Below are positions 21,501 to 31,211 of a stretch of DNA of 42,526 nt, piece after piece. The translations under genes were made by a program, and so were the position numbers. The stretch's first letter is position 1. Each line of letters opens with the position of its first letter. Below the pieces are notes generated by a model. It saw only the letters and a program-made list of their open reading frames with translations, searched no databases and was not told the DNA's origin. This stretch comes from Pelistega sp. (GTDB taxonomy: Bacteria > Pseudomonadota > Gammaproteobacteria > Burkholderiales > Burkholderiaceae_B), in the NCBI GenBank assembly GCA_034093535.1, contig JAXECN010000147.1, forward strand, positions 1 through 42,526, read 5' to 3'.

Positions 21501-22028
21501 CTCTATGCTGATATGCTCAATCGAGCAGTACGTGCTTTAAAAGAAGGTAAAGAGCCTGATTTAGAATCTCCCTTTGACTTAAGTACCGAAGTGAACTTAC
21601 ATACATCAGCACTGCTTCCGAACGAATATTGTCCTGATATTAATATGCGTCTCTCTATCTATAAGCGTCTCTCGCATGCTGAAGATGAAAACACCCTATG
21701 GGATATTCAAGAAGAACTCACCGACCGCTTTGGCAAGCTCCCCGAAGCCGCACTGATGTTGATGATGACACATCGTCTACGCTTAATGGCACAGAAGATT
21801 GGTTTAATTAAAATTGATATCAGCGAGGAAAATGCTCTATTGGTCTTTAATCCTAATGACAATAAAATTGACCCTGTAACGATTATCGAACTTATCCAAC
21901 AAAACCGTCATATCCGTCTACAAGGACCGGATAAATTGCGTATTGAAATAAAGAATATGCCCGATATTGCTCAACGGATAGAGAGTATTCGTCAGCTGAT
22001 TAAAGTATTAGCAGGAAATAATCTGTGA
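18585..22028 (+). CDS. mfd: Transcription-repair coupling factor Mfd
   Basis: FPDWETLPYD, VHVQHGIGRY (RID), CGDVGFGKTEVA, IIDEEHRFG, TATPIPRT, QLRGRVGR and a C-terminal TRCF domain. Confidence 0.98.
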   Translation: MKSFTQLPASALKIGQKFTLAKPVGSGDALWLTELASQEKKCIAVFCADPLEAQRLTEEMRLFNQDLRINQFPDWETLPYDTFSPHQDLISERLQTLNQLRHGEVDILIIPVTTALYRLAPPSFLAAFTFSFKKGASLNEQALKEQLTLANYNHVSQVTASGEFSVRGSIIDIFPMGSALPYRLDLMDDEIDSIRSFNVDTQRSIYPVNEVNLLPGREFPMDPESRQQFRARFREMFEGDPSRALPYKDVGNGINFAGIEYYLPLFFEETATIFDYLPEDSISITLGDIDKTIHDFSEDTQNRYRFLSSDRERPILAPEHLFLSNEQFFQALKNFPRLSFDYQTQSKTIATPPNVAVLRRQEEPFHHLKQLLETHEWQVLLCTDSAGRRETLLQLLQENQLRPSIVVERIKDFFDAPQGFAMVVAPLQKGFALTEDKIIIITENDLYPESAGQVRRRRQQEKHSDVDAMVRDLSELQEGDPIVHVQHGIGRYRGLMHMEINGDLVEMLQIDYAGESKLYVPVSQLHVISRYSGTDPDDAPLHKLGSGQWEKARKKAAKQVRDTAAELLHIYAQRALRQGFSFNLPLQDYEQFVEGFGFEETADQAQAINAVIHDMTSDKPMDRLVCGDVGFGKTEVALRAAFLCIANGQQVVMLCPTTLLAEQHAQTFSNRFADWPVKIAELSRFRSSKEVAATLQGLADGTVDMVIGTHKVLSKEVNFKRLGLVIIDEEHRFGVRQKEALKALRSEVDILTLTATPIPRTLSMSLEGIRDFSVIATAPQKRLAIKTFVRREDNSTIREAVLRELKRGGQVYFLHNEVDTIYNRKARLEELIPEARIGVAHGQMNERELETVMKDFYHQRCNILLCTTIIETGIDVPSANTIIMHRADKLGLAQLHQLRGRVGRSHHQAYAYLLTPGEEAISSQAKKRLEAIQSMEELGSGFYLAMHDLEIRGTGEVLGDQQSGNIQEVGFTLYADMLNRAVRALKEGKEPDLESPFDLSTEVNLHTSALLPNEYCPDINMRLSIYKRLSHAEDENTLWDIQEELTDRFGKLPEAALMLMMTHRLRLMAQKIGLIKIDISEENALLVFNPNDNKIDPVTIIELIQQNRHIRLQGPDKLRIEIKNMPDIAQRIESIRQLIKVLAGNNL

Positions 22029-22045
22029 TGGCTTAATGAGCCATC
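22027..22045 (+). terminator. Short hairpin at the mfd stop (no U-tract)
   Basis: GATGGCTT-AAT-GAGCCATC stem-loop overlapping the TGA stop. Confidence 0.35.
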
Positions 22046-22253
22046 CAGTCCACCACCTGAAGATTAGGAATACGCAAAAATTCTCTTGTATTATGAGTAG
22101 AAGTTCAGATTTCAGTTGTTTTGACAAAATAATCTCCTTTTTTATCGTTTGCTTTTGTATAATTTCCCTCTATCCTAAAAAACTTCTTGATAAAAGATAG
22201 ACAACAAAATGTTAGTAGGATAAATTTGTCCACCCTCTTTTCACCGAGTTTTT

Positions 22254-23114
22254 ATGTCAAATCAAGCCAGTATCGTCTTACAAGCACCTAGTTTAAATCT
22301 CTCAGACCTCGAGCAAGCCGCCGCTTTATCTAGCGCTAATCAGCTCATTTTATTAGGGGCTCATAGTGGTTTATTAAGCGATGTTGATAGTGATACGGTT
22401 GCTAGTATTCGTCAATGGGCGATGGACAAACATGCTGACTTTGCGTATTTCCCACAAGGTCTACAAGACTGGAAACATATAAAAGTCTTAGCCATGGATA
22501 TGGACTCTACCCTAATCAATATCGAATGTATTGATGAAATCGCTGCTATCGCTGGGCGTAAGGAACAGGTTTCAGCCATCACTGAAGCGGCTATGCGTGG
22601 TGAGATTAAAGACTTTTCAGAGAGTTTACGTCGTCGTGTTGCTATGCTAGAAGGTGTACCGGCGACAGCGCTTGAGCAAGTCTATACAGAAAAACTTCGC
22701 CTTAACCCAGGTGCTGAACACCTCATTAAAAAAGCCCATGACGCAGGTATTAAAACCCTCTTGGTCTCTGGAGGCTTTACATTCTTCACACAACGTTTAC
22801 AAGAGCGCCTAGGTCTTTACGAAACACATGCCAATACCTTAGAAATTGACGCTCAAGGTTATTTAACAGGTCGTGTATTAGGTCCTATCGTCGACGCGCA
22901 AGCCAAAGCTGATTACTTGCAAGCCTTAGCTAATAAAGTTGGCGCAGATACCTCACAATGTATCGCTATGGGTGATGGTTCAAATGACCTGCTAATGATG
23001 CAACACGCACACTACTCTGTTGCTTATCGTGCCAAACCTATCGTCCAAGAAAAAGCCCACTACAGTATCAACCATAGTGGACTAGATGCAGTTCTGAACT
23101 GGTTTAATCCCTAA
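22254..23114 (+). CDS. serB: Phosphoserine phosphatase
   Basis: HAD motif I MDMDSTLINIECIDE, TEAAMRGE, SLRRRV, LVSGGF, GDGSNDLLM, AKP. Confidence 0.95.
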   Translation: MSNQASIVLQAPSLNLSDLEQAAALSSANQLILLGAHSGLLSDVDSDTVASIRQWAMDKHADFAYFPQGLQDWKHIKVLAMDMDSTLINIECIDEIAAIAGRKEQVSAITEAAMRGEIKDFSESLRRRVAMLEGVPATALEQVYTEKLRLNPGAEHLIKKAHDAGIKTLLVSGGFTFFTQRLQERLGLYETHANTLEIDAQGYLTGRVLGPIVDAQAKADYLQALANKVGADTSQCIAMGDGSNDLLMMQHAHYSVAYRAKPIVQEKAHYSINHSGLDAVLNWFNP

Positions 23115-23116
23115 GA

Positions 23117-23626
23117 CTATTCCAGATTCTTCTTAGGTAAATGAGGATGGCGCATCAAATGGCGCCATGAAAAACCGGGGAAAGCCAACACTACAAAAAT
23201 ACAAATGCTAATCGCATAAAACTGCCAGCTTTGGGTAAAGCGATTAGCATAGTATGACTCAATAAAAAAGCCTACCGCTAATACAAAACTAGCAAATACC
23301 AACAGTTCTACTAAATTAATGCCGATATTCTTATAAGCAATCGCTTTGCCGTAAATAAATCCAGGGATACTTAATAACAAGATAAAAACTACCGCACCGA
23401 GTGCTTTAGCCACCATCGGTAAGCCAACATGTGTTAATAAGTAAAATGCCAAGCCCAAGAAACAATAAGACAATAAAGCACGTCCTAGGTAGTAACCCAT
23501 AAATTTATCAGGCTCACCCTTTAATTTCAGCGGGACAAAAGCAAACATCCGCTCGGTGAGAAACGGTAAATTAGCACATACAATCGCCAATACGATAATC
23601 AACCAAACGGATGTTTCTGGATACAT
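23117..23626 (-). CDS. DUF2818 family membrane protein (elongated form)
   Basis: ANLPFL, ELL, Q.WQFYAI and LAFPGF.WRHL motifs. Located directly after nuoN, as typical for DUF2818 in Burkholderiales. Confidence 0.75.
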   Translation of the reverse strand: MYPETSVWLIIVLAIVCANLPFLTERMFAFVPLKLKGEPDKFMGYYLGRALLSYCFLGLAFYLLTHVGLPMVAKALGAVVFILLLSIPGFIYGKAIAYKNIGINLVELLVFASFVLAVGFFIESYYANRFTQSWQFYAISICIFVVLAFPGFSWRHLMRHPHLPKKNLE

Positions 23627-23644
23627 AATACTTCTTTAAACAAA

Positions 23645-25129
23645 TTATTGAGGGAATTTTAACGAAGCGTCAATCACTTGAACGCATAACGCTAATAACC
23701 CACCCGGTAAGATACCTAGTAATAAAATTAATAGACCATTAACAGATAACACACCACTACGGAAGCTTAATTGTGTACCCACAGCTGGTGCATTGGCAGC
23801 TGGCTCATCAAAGTACATCGTTTTCACAACGCGTAAGTAGTAGAATGCACCAATTAATGAGAACAATACCGCCACAATCGTTAAGACCACATGCCCTGCC
23901 GCTAAGGCTGCTTGTAATACCACAAGTTTAGCGTAGAAACCAACAAGCGGAGGAATACCTGCTAATGAGAACATCAGGATAAGGATAGCAAAAGCTAACA
24001 ATGGGTGACGCTTATTCAAACCAGCTAAATCGCTAATCTCTTCGCTTTCAAAACCTTGACGGCTAAGAATCAACACCACACCAAAAGCCAATACTGTCGT
24101 GAGCACATAAGTCACCATATAGAATAATGATGCACCATAAGCGCCAGTCGCTAACTTACCATCTGTCACACCAGATAATAGACCTAACAGCACAAAACCC
24201 ACATGAGAGATGGTTGAATATGCCAACATACGTTTAAAGTTAGTTTGCATAATCGCTGTTAGGTTACCAATCGCTAATGATAGTACCGCTAGGATAACTA
24301 ACATCGGCTGCCAACTAATGGCTACTGCACTCATTGCTTCGACTAATAGACGTAATGTCATCGCAAAAGCCGCTAATTTCGGTGCTGAAGCAATCGTTAA
24401 GGTTACCGCTGTTGGCGCACCTTGGTAAACGTCAGGAATCCACATATGGAAAGGAACTGCACCTAGTTTAAAGGCAATACCTGCAACCACAAATACCACG
24501 CCTAAAACCAATGCCATTTGCTCAAACTGACCACTCTGTAATACAGCGGCAACGCCTGATAAACTAATCTCACCTGTTGCACCGTATACCATCGAAATAC
24601 CGTATAGCATAAAGCCTGAAGCTAAAGAACCTAATACATAGTACTTCATCGCTGATTCAATGCTACCAAGATGATCACGACGCACTGCCACTAAAGCATA
24701 TAAAGCCAATGACATCAGCTCTAAGCCGAGGTAAATCGTCAACATGCTTGTCGCTGAAATCATCACCATCTGACCTAATAAGGCAAATAGGCTAAGTGCA
24801 TAGTATTCGCCACCTTTTACCATTTGGCGCTCTACTAAGTATTGACGACTATAAATTAAAGTTGCCAATACAGCTAAGTATGAGAATACTTTTAGAAGAT
24901 GAGCTAATGGATCTGCTGTGAATTGACCATAGAATGTGGTACCAACTACCCCTGTATTCCATTGGAATAAAGAGATAGCTGCCACGACAACGAGAGACAA
25001 TAATGAGAGTGAGTAGCTAACTGCACTATCCTTAGACTTAGCAAATGCCTCTACAAGTAAAATACCGGTCGCTAAAATACAAAGAACAATTTCCGGTAAT
25101 GCGAGTACAAAATTAAATTGATTATCCAT
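23645..25129 (-). CDS. nuoN: NADH-quinone oxidoreductase subunit N
   Basis: [52 protein letters not shown]. Confidence 0.97.
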   Translation of the reverse strand: MDNQFNFVLALPEIVLCILATGILLVEAFAKSKDSAVSYSLSLLSLVVVAAISLFQWNTGVVGTTFYGQFTADPLAHLLKVFSYLAVLATLIYSRQYLVERQMVKGGEYYALSLFALLGQMVMISATSMLTIYLGLELMSLALYALVAVRRDHLGSIESAMKYYVLGSLASGFMLYGISMVYGATGEISLSGVAAVLQSGQFEQMALVLGVVFVVAGIAFKLGAVPFHMWIPDVYQGAPTAVTLTIASAPKLAAFAMTLRLLVEAMSAVAISWQPMLVILAVLSLAIGNLTAIMQTNFKRMLAYSTISHVGFVLLGLLSGVTDGKLATGAYGASLFYMVTYVLTTVLAFGVVLILSRQGFESEEISDLAGLNKRHPLLAFAILILMFSLAGIPPLVGFYAKLVVLQAALAAGHVVLTIVAVLFSLIGAFYYLRVVKTMYFDEPAANAPAVGTQLSFRSGVLSVNGLLILLLGILPGGLLALCVQVIDASLKFPQ

Positions 25130-25143
25130 TATTGTCCCAGACC

Positions 25144-26625
25144 TTACAGTTTAGATTGAGCCACATGCTCAAGTAAGTTTTGTACAGAAACGTGAATAAC
25201 TTCTGTAAACGGTTGTGGATATACACCCATAAATAGAGTAAATACCGCTAATGTCGCTAAAACAGCAAACTCACGCTTACTAATATCATCCATCTGTTTT
25301 ACTTCTGGGTTAGTGATACTGCCATAAGCAACACGTTTTACCATCCATAAAGAATACGATGCACCAAGAATGAGAGCAGTCGCTGTTAATAAGCCAATCC
25401 AGAAGTTATATTCCACCGCACCAAGGATAACGTAGAACTCACCCACGAAACCACTAGTCGCTGGTAAACCACTATTTGCCATTGAGAACAATACAAAGAA
25501 AGTGACAAACTTCGGCATCACATTAATCACACCACCGTAATCTGAGATACGACGAGAGTGTAAGCGATCATAAAGAACACCGATACACATGAACATCGCA
25601 CCCGATACAAAGCCGTGTGAAATCATCTGAATAATCGCACCCTCAACACCTGCCGTGCTAAACATGAAGAAACCTAACGTGACAAACGCCATATGTGCTA
25701 CTGATGAGTAAGCAACTAATTTTTTCATGTCATCTTGAACGATAGCCACTAAACCAATATAGATGACGGCAATAAGTGATAGTGCAATCATTAAGCCTGC
25801 CATGCTTTGAGAAGCATCTGGGGCAATTGGTAAAGAGAAACGTAAGAAACCATATGCGCCGAGCTTTAACATGATCGCTGCTAATACAATCGAACCACCT
25901 GTTGGTGCTTCAACGTGAGCGTCAGGCAACCATGTATGCACTGGCCACATCGGTACTTTAACCGCAAACGCCGCAAATAATGCAAAGAAGATTAATAATT
26001 GCGGTGTCATCGCTAATGGCAGTTGTTGCCATGTCGCAATATCAAATGTACCTGTCTTAGTGTATAAGTAAATGAACGCGATTAACGTTAATAGCGAGCC
26101 TAATAAGGTATATAAGAAGAACTTAAAGGCTGCATATACACGGTTTGGACCACCCCATACACCAATAATGATATACATTGGGATAAGTGTTGCTTCAAAG
26201 AACACATAGAATAGCAATCCGTCTAATGCCACAAATACGCCAACCATCAATCCTGATAAGATTAAGAAAGCCGCCATATATTGAGCAACACGGGTTGTAA
26301 TCACTTCCCAACCAGCCACGACCACAATAACGGTGATAAAGGCAGTGAGAATCACAAACCATACGCTGATACCATCTACGCCTAAATGGTAAGACACATT
26401 AAATGCCTCAATCCATGAGACGTTTTCAACAAACTGCATACTTGCCGTTGTTGAATCAAAACCAGCAATAATTGGTAGCGTGACTAAAAAACTGACAATC
26501 GCACCAATTAAAGCCATCTTACGTGTATATTCTGCTCGCTCATCACGACCAAAAATCAGCACTAGGATACCAGCGATAATTGGTACAAAAATCGATAAGG
26601 AAAGCCAAGGAAGATTAGATGTCAT
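25144..26625 (-). CDS. nuoM: NADH-quinone oxidoreductase subunit M (start likely ATG 26625, MTSNLPW)
   Basis: [57 protein letters not shown]. Confidence 0.97.
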   Translation of the reverse strand: MTSNLPWLSLSIFVPIIAGILVLIFGRDERAEYTRKMALIGAIVSFLVTLPIIAGFDSTTASMQFVENVSWIEAFNVSYHLGVDGISVWFVILTAFITVIVVVAGWEVITTRVAQYMAAFLILSGLMVGVFVALDGLLFYVFFEATLIPMYIIIGVWGGPNRVYAAFKFFLYTLLGSLLTLIAFIYLYTKTGTFDIATWQQLPLAMTPQLLIFFALFAAFAVKVPMWPVHTWLPDAHVEAPTGGSIVLAAIMLKLGAYGFLRFSLPIAPDASQSMAGLMIALSLIAVIYIGLVAIVQDDMKKLVAYSSVAHMAFVTLGFFMFSTAGVEGAIIQMISHGFVSGAMFMCIGVLYDRLHSRRISDYGGVINVMPKFVTFFVLFSMANSGLPATSGFVGEFYVILGAVEYNFWIGLLTATALILGASYSLWMVKRVAYGSITNPEVKQMDDISKREFAVLATLAVFTLFMGVYPQPFTEVIHVSVQNLLEHVAQSKL

Positions 26626-26635
26626 TTCGCTGCCC

Positions 26636-28639
26636 TTAACCCAATACAAAGAAAGAAATTAATACGATTAAACCCACAATCATTGCAAATGCATAATGAT
26701 AGATATGACCTGATTGGAATACTCGGCTAAGTGCCGCAACCAAACCAACTAAACGGGTTGAACCACCAATAAAGATACCTTCGATAATACCTTTGTCACC
26801 GACATTCCAGAATAATTTACCTAGGGCGCGAGCACCACGAGCAAATACATTCTCATAGATCCAGTCTACGAAATATTTATTCTCAAGAATGCGATTCACA
26901 CCAGACAAGGCTTTATAAATCTTAGGCGGTAAAGCAGGATTAACCACATAACCATACCAAGCCGCAACAAGACCTGCCACCATTAACCAGAAAGGAACAG
27001 TCATAAAGGCATGTAAACCATACGCAACCCAACCATGGAAATGCTCAGCAAGTGTTGCCATCGCTGGACTATTTGGACCGATGAAAATTGTATCGGCAAA
27101 GTAGCCTTTGAATAATAAAGCATCGACTGCCCATGCACCCACCGCAATGGATGGAATAGCCAATAAGACAAGTGGTAAAGTCACTACCCATGGAGATTCA
27201 TGCGGTGTACCACTATGATGATCATCATGACCATGACTATCATGGTGAGCATGACCTGTTGTGTCAAAGCGTTCTTTGCCATGGAATACTAAGAAGTACA
27301 CACGGAAAGAATAAAGTGATGTCACAAACACACCGATAAGCGTTGCATAGTAAGCAAAACCAGAACCCCAAACGGTTGAGAAGTGTGCTGCTTCAATCAC
27401 GTGCTCTTTTGAGTAGAAACCTGAGAAGAACGGTGTACCCACTAATGATAATGTACCGATTAAGAAGGTAATCCAAGTGATTGGCATATACTTACGTAAG
27501 CCACCCATATTACGAATATCTTGATCATGGTGCATACCAATAATCACCGAACCCGCACCCAAGAATAACAAGGCTTTAAAGAAAGCATGCGTCATCAAGT
27601 GGAACACAGCAACAGAGTAAGCTGAAGCACCTAATGCGACGGTCATATAACCTAATTGAGATAAGGTTGAGTACGCCACCACGCGTTTGATGTCGTTTTG
27701 GATTAAACCTAAGATACCTAGGAATAAGGCACCAATCGCACCCACCACGATAATGAGTGATAAAGCACTTGGCGCTAACTCATACAATGGAGAGAAACGT
27801 GACACCATGAAGATACCTGCCGTTACCATGGTCGCTGCGTGAATTAAGGCAGAAATTGGTGTAGGACCTTCCATTGAGTCTGGTAACCAAGCATGTAATG
27901 GGACTTGTGCTGATTTACCCATCGCACCCACGAATAAGCAGATACATGCTAGGGTCAACATATGCCAGTCACCTAATACGATGACTTGGTTTAACTCAGC
28001 TGACTTCGCAAAGATATCGTCATATTTCATCGAGCCCGTAAAGGCAAACAATAAACCAATACCTAGAATAAAGCCAAAGTCACCGACACGGTTCACCAAG
28101 AACGCTTTCATATTGGCAAAAATAGCCGTATCTTTGGTATACCAGAAACCAATTAATAGGTAAGATACTAAACCTACTGCTTCCCAACCAAAGAACAATA
28201 ACAGCATATTATTGCCCATTACTAACATTAGCATTGAGAACGTAAACAATGAAATGTAAGCGAAGAAACGTTGGTAACCTGGGTCATCCGCCATATAACC
28301 AATGGTATAAATATGAACCATTAGTGATACAGAAGTCACCACAACCATCATCATGGCGCTTAATGGGTCAATTAAGAAACCAATATCGATAGAAATATTG
28401 CCAATCACACTCCATGTGTAGATATTGCCGTTAAAGTAGGCATCATTTACCACAACGTTATAGAGTACGTAAGCAGACGCTAGGGCTGAAAAGGCAACGA
28501 GAGCAATTGTCACCATATGTGAACCACGACGGCTCACAAAGTTGCCTAAAAAGCCCGTGCCAAATAGACCTGCCAGAATCGCACCTAATAATGGAGCAAA
28601 GGCAATGCACGCTAAGAGAACGGGAGAAAATGTTGTCAT
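26636..28639 (-). CDS. nuoL: NADH-quinone oxidoreductase subunit L
   Basis: GWEAVGLVSYLLIGFW, NRVGD, GKSAQVPLHAWLPDSMEGPTPISALIHAATMV, HAFFKALLFL. Confidence 0.97.
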   Translation of the reverse strand: MTTFSPVLLACIAFAPLLGAILAGLFGTGFLGNFVSRRGSHMVTIALVAFSALASAYVLYNVVVNDAYFNGNIYTWSVIGNISIDIGFLIDPLSAMMMVVVTSVSLMVHIYTIGYMADDPGYQRFFAYISLFTFSMLMLVMGNNMLLLFFGWEAVGLVSYLLIGFWYTKDTAIFANMKAFLVNRVGDFGFILGIGLLFAFTGSMKYDDIFAKSAELNQVIVLGDWHMLTLACICLFVGAMGKSAQVPLHAWLPDSMEGPTPISALIHAATMVTAGIFMVSRFSPLYELAPSALSLIIVVGAIGALFLGILGLIQNDIKRVVAYSTLSQLGYMTVALGASAYSVAVFHLMTHAFFKALLFLGAGSVIIGMHHDQDIRNMGGLRKYMPITWITFLIGTLSLVGTPFFSGFYSKEHVIEAAHFSTVWGSGFAYYATLIGVFVTSLYSFRVYFLVFHGKERFDTTGHAHHDSHGHDDHHSGTPHESPWVVTLPLVLLAIPSIAVGAWAVDALLFKGYFADTIFIGPNSPAMATLAEHFHGWVAYGLHAFMTVPFWLMVAGLVAAWYGYVVNPALPPKIYKALSGVNRILENKYFVDWIYENVFARGARALGKLFWNVGDKGIIEGIFIGGSTRLVGLVAALSRVFQSGHIYHYAFAMIVGLIVLISFFVLG

Positions 28640-28650
28640 GGTCTTTCCCC

Positions 28651-28977
28651 TTAGCCTTTGAGACGAGCAACGTCGTCAACGTTAATCGAGTTAATCTTAC
28701 GGAATAGCAATACAAGAATCGCTAAACCAATCGCCGCTTCCGCTGCCGCAACCGTCAGAATAAAGAATACGAAAATCTGACCTGCTGTATCTGGTAGACC
28801 ATTAGCAGCTGGATGCCATACAGAGAATGCCACGAAGTTCATATTAACGGCTAATAACATCAACTCAATTGACATTAATAAGCTAATAATATTGCGACGG
28901 TTAAAGAAAATACCAAACACCCCTAGGGCGAATAGAATCGCACCCAGAATGAGGTAGTGCGCTAGTGTAATTTCCAT
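28651..28977 (-). CDS. nuoK: NADH-quinone oxidoreductase subunit K
   Basis: [27 protein letters not shown]. Confidence 0.96.
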   Translation of the reverse strand: MEITLAHYLILGAILFALGVFGIFFNRRNIISLLMSIELMLLAVNMNFVAFSVWHPAANGLPDTAGQIFVFFILTVAAAEAAIGLAILVLLFRKINSINVDDVARLKG

Positions 28978-29597
28978 TATTGCTCACCCCCTTCTTGCTT
29001 AGGAGTTTCCTTTTCTGATTTTAAGTTAACCAAACGAATACGGTCTTGTGCATTGACATAGAGCTGATCGCTCGCCAAGACATATTTACGGTTTTTGCGT
29101 TCACGTAATGTTAAGGCAATCGCTGCAATCATACCGACCAATAGAATTAATGCACCTACTTGAATAGCAAATGAATACTCTGTATACATTGCAATACCTA
29201 AAGCAAGCGTATTGTTATAGTCAGCAGGTAATGCCGCTGGACTTGGTGTATCAAGGTACGCCGAACCCAATACAAAGGCAACCTCTGCTACCATCAAGCC
29301 ACCAACCACTAAGCCAACTGGTAAGAAAGTACGGAAGCCGCTACGTAACGATTCAGGGACAACATCAATCATCATCACCACGAATAAGAACAGCACCATC
29401 ACCGCACCGACATACACGACGATTAAGAGCAAGCCTAAGAACTCTGCACCAATTAAGATCCAAAGCATTGACGCTGTAAAGAATCCTAAAATAAGGTGTA
29501 ACACTGCGACTACTGGATGACGTGCCAAGACGACACGTACACCTGAATACAGTAGTACTGCAGCTAAGATATAAAATAGAATGCTAGAAAACATCAT
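28977..29597 (-). CDS. nuoJ: NADH-quinone oxidoreductase subunit J
   Basis: AEFL...[22 protein letters not shown] overlap with nuoK. Confidence 0.96.
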   Translation of the reverse strand: MMFSSILFYILAAVLLYSGVRVVLARHPVVAVLHLILGFFTASMLWILIGAEFLGLLLIVVYVGAVMVLFLFVVMMIDVVPESLRSGFRTFLPVGLVVGGLMVAEVAFVLGSAYLDTPSPAALPADYNNTLALGIAMYTEYSFAIQVGALILLVGMIAAIALTLRERKNRKYVLASDQLYVNAQDRIRLVNLKSEKETPKQEGGEQ

Positions 29598-29612
29598 TTT
29601 TCCTCACCTGCC

Positions 29613-30098
29613 TTATCGATAAGGCGCATCAGCTTCACGACGCGCAGCAATTTCAGGCTCATATTTATCACCCACCGCTAATAACATCGGTTTAGTGAAA
29701 TATAAGTCACCACGTTTTTCACCGTGATATTCATGGATATGTGTTTCTACGATAGCGTCAACAGGACAGCTCTCCTCACAGAAACCACAGAAGATACACT
29801 TCGTTAAGTCAATATCGTAACGTGTTGTACGGCGGCTACCGTCCTCACGCTGAGCCGATTCAATACTAATCGCCATCGCAGGACAAATTGCCTCACATAA
29901 TTTACACGCAATACAACGCTCTTCACCATTGGCATAACGACGCTGAGCATGTAAGCCACGGAAACGAGGTGACATCGGTGTTTTTTCGTATGGATAACGC
30001 AGGGTAAACTTCGGTTTAAAGAAGTATTTACCTGTAAGTGCCATACCCTTGATTAATTCACTCAAGAATAGGCTCGCAAAATGCTTTTTAAAACTCAT
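29613..30098 (-). CDS. nuoI: NADH-quinone oxidoreductase subunit I
   Basis: Two 4Fe-4S motifs, [12 protein letters not shown] and [12 protein letters not shown]. Confidence 0.98.
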   Translation of the reverse strand: MSFKKHFASLFLSELIKGMALTGKYFFKPKFTLRYPYEKTPMSPRFRGLHAQRRYANGEERCIACKLCEAICPAMAISIESAQREDGSRRTTRYDIDLTKCIFCGFCEESCPVDAIVETHIHEYHGEKRGDLYFTKPMLLAVGDKYEPEIAARREADAPYR

Positions 30099-30109
30099 CT
30101 TACCTACTC

Positions 30110-31210
30110 CTAGTTATGGGTCCAAATATTAAGCGGTGTCTGCATCCAGATGGCCACCACTACTAACCAAATACCTGTTAGTGGAATGAAAATTTTCCAA
30201 CCTAAACGCATAATTTGGTCATAACGGTAACGTGGGAATGAAGCACGGAACCAGATAAAGAATGACACCACGAAGAATGATTTAATACCTAACCACAACC
30301 AACCTGGAATCATATTAAATGGCGCGAAGTCTAATGGACTAGACCAACCACCTAGGAACATGATTGAAGCCATTGCAGATAATAAAATCATATTGGCATA
30401 TTCGGCTAAGAAGAACATCGCAAAGCCCATACCAGAGTACTCAACCATATGACCTGCCACAATCTCAGACTCACCCTCTACCACGTCAAATGGGTGACGG
30501 TTTGTTTCGGCAACAGTTGAAATCACGTAGATAACAAAGAGTGGTAATAAAGGCAACCAGTTCCAAGAAAGGAAAGTTAAACCTTTATCTGCAAACCAAC
30601 CTTGGGTTTGACCGGTGACGATACCATTCATATTGAGCGTGCCTGACACCAATAAAACTGTCAATAGCACAAAGCCCATCGCTAACTCATAAGAAATCAT
30701 TTGCGCTGATGCACGCATAGCAGCAATAAATGGATACTTAGAGTTAGACGCCCAACCTGCCAAAATAACACCATAAACACCTAGAGAGGTAACTGCCATA
30801 ATAAATAGCAGACCAGCGTTAATATTAGCTAATACGGCTTCTGGACCAAAAGGAACTACCGCCCACGCTACTAAAGCAGGTACTAATGTCAGAATCGGAG
30901 CCACAATATACAAAATCTTATTTGATTTTGTCGGTACGATAACTTCTTTAGTGAGTAGCTTTAATACGTCAGCGAATGGCTGAAGAATACCACCCGGACC
31001 CACACGGTTAGGACCGCGACGGATATGCATATAACCAATCATGCGACGTTCCCATAAAGTTAAGAACGCCACACAGATAATGATTGGTAAAGCAATCACT
31101 AAAATCTTAACAATAGACCAAATGATAAGCCATGCCGTCTCACCTAAAAGCCCAGTTCCCCAAGCATTTAGCGCTGCAATACCATCTGTGAACCAAGACC
31201 AAATATTCAT
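30110..31210 (-). CDS. nuoH: NADH-quinone oxidoreductase subunit H
   Basis: [47 protein letters not shown]. Confidence 0.98.
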   Translation of the reverse strand: MNIWSWFTDGIAALNAWGTGLLGETAWLIIWSIVKILVIALPIIICVAFLTLWERRMIGYMHIRRGPNRVGPGGILQPFADVLKLLTKEVIVPTKSNKILYIVAPILTLVPALVAWAVVPFGPEAVLANINAGLLFIMAVTSLGVYGVILAGWASNSKYPFIAAMRASAQMISYELAMGFVLLTVLLVSGTLNMNGIVTGQTQGWFADKGLTFLSWNWLPLLPLFVIYVISTVAETNRHPFDVVEGESEIVAGHMVEYSGMGFAMFFLAEYANMILLSAMASIMFLGGWSSPLDFAPFNMIPGWLWLGIKSFFVVSFFIWFRASFPRYRYDQIMRLGWKIFIPLTGIWLVVVAIWMQTPLNIWTHN

Positions 31211-31211
31211 T

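Noticed and set aside
22121-22163. Perfect TTGACA and TATAAT as one serB promoter
   Set aside because: They are 31 nt apart, far from 16-18 nt. At best they belong to two separate promoters.
27200-27260. His-rich stretch in NuoL (GHAHHDSHGHDDHH) as a novel metal-binding feature
   Set aside because: His-rich loops before the PHESP motif are common in proteobacterial NuoL.
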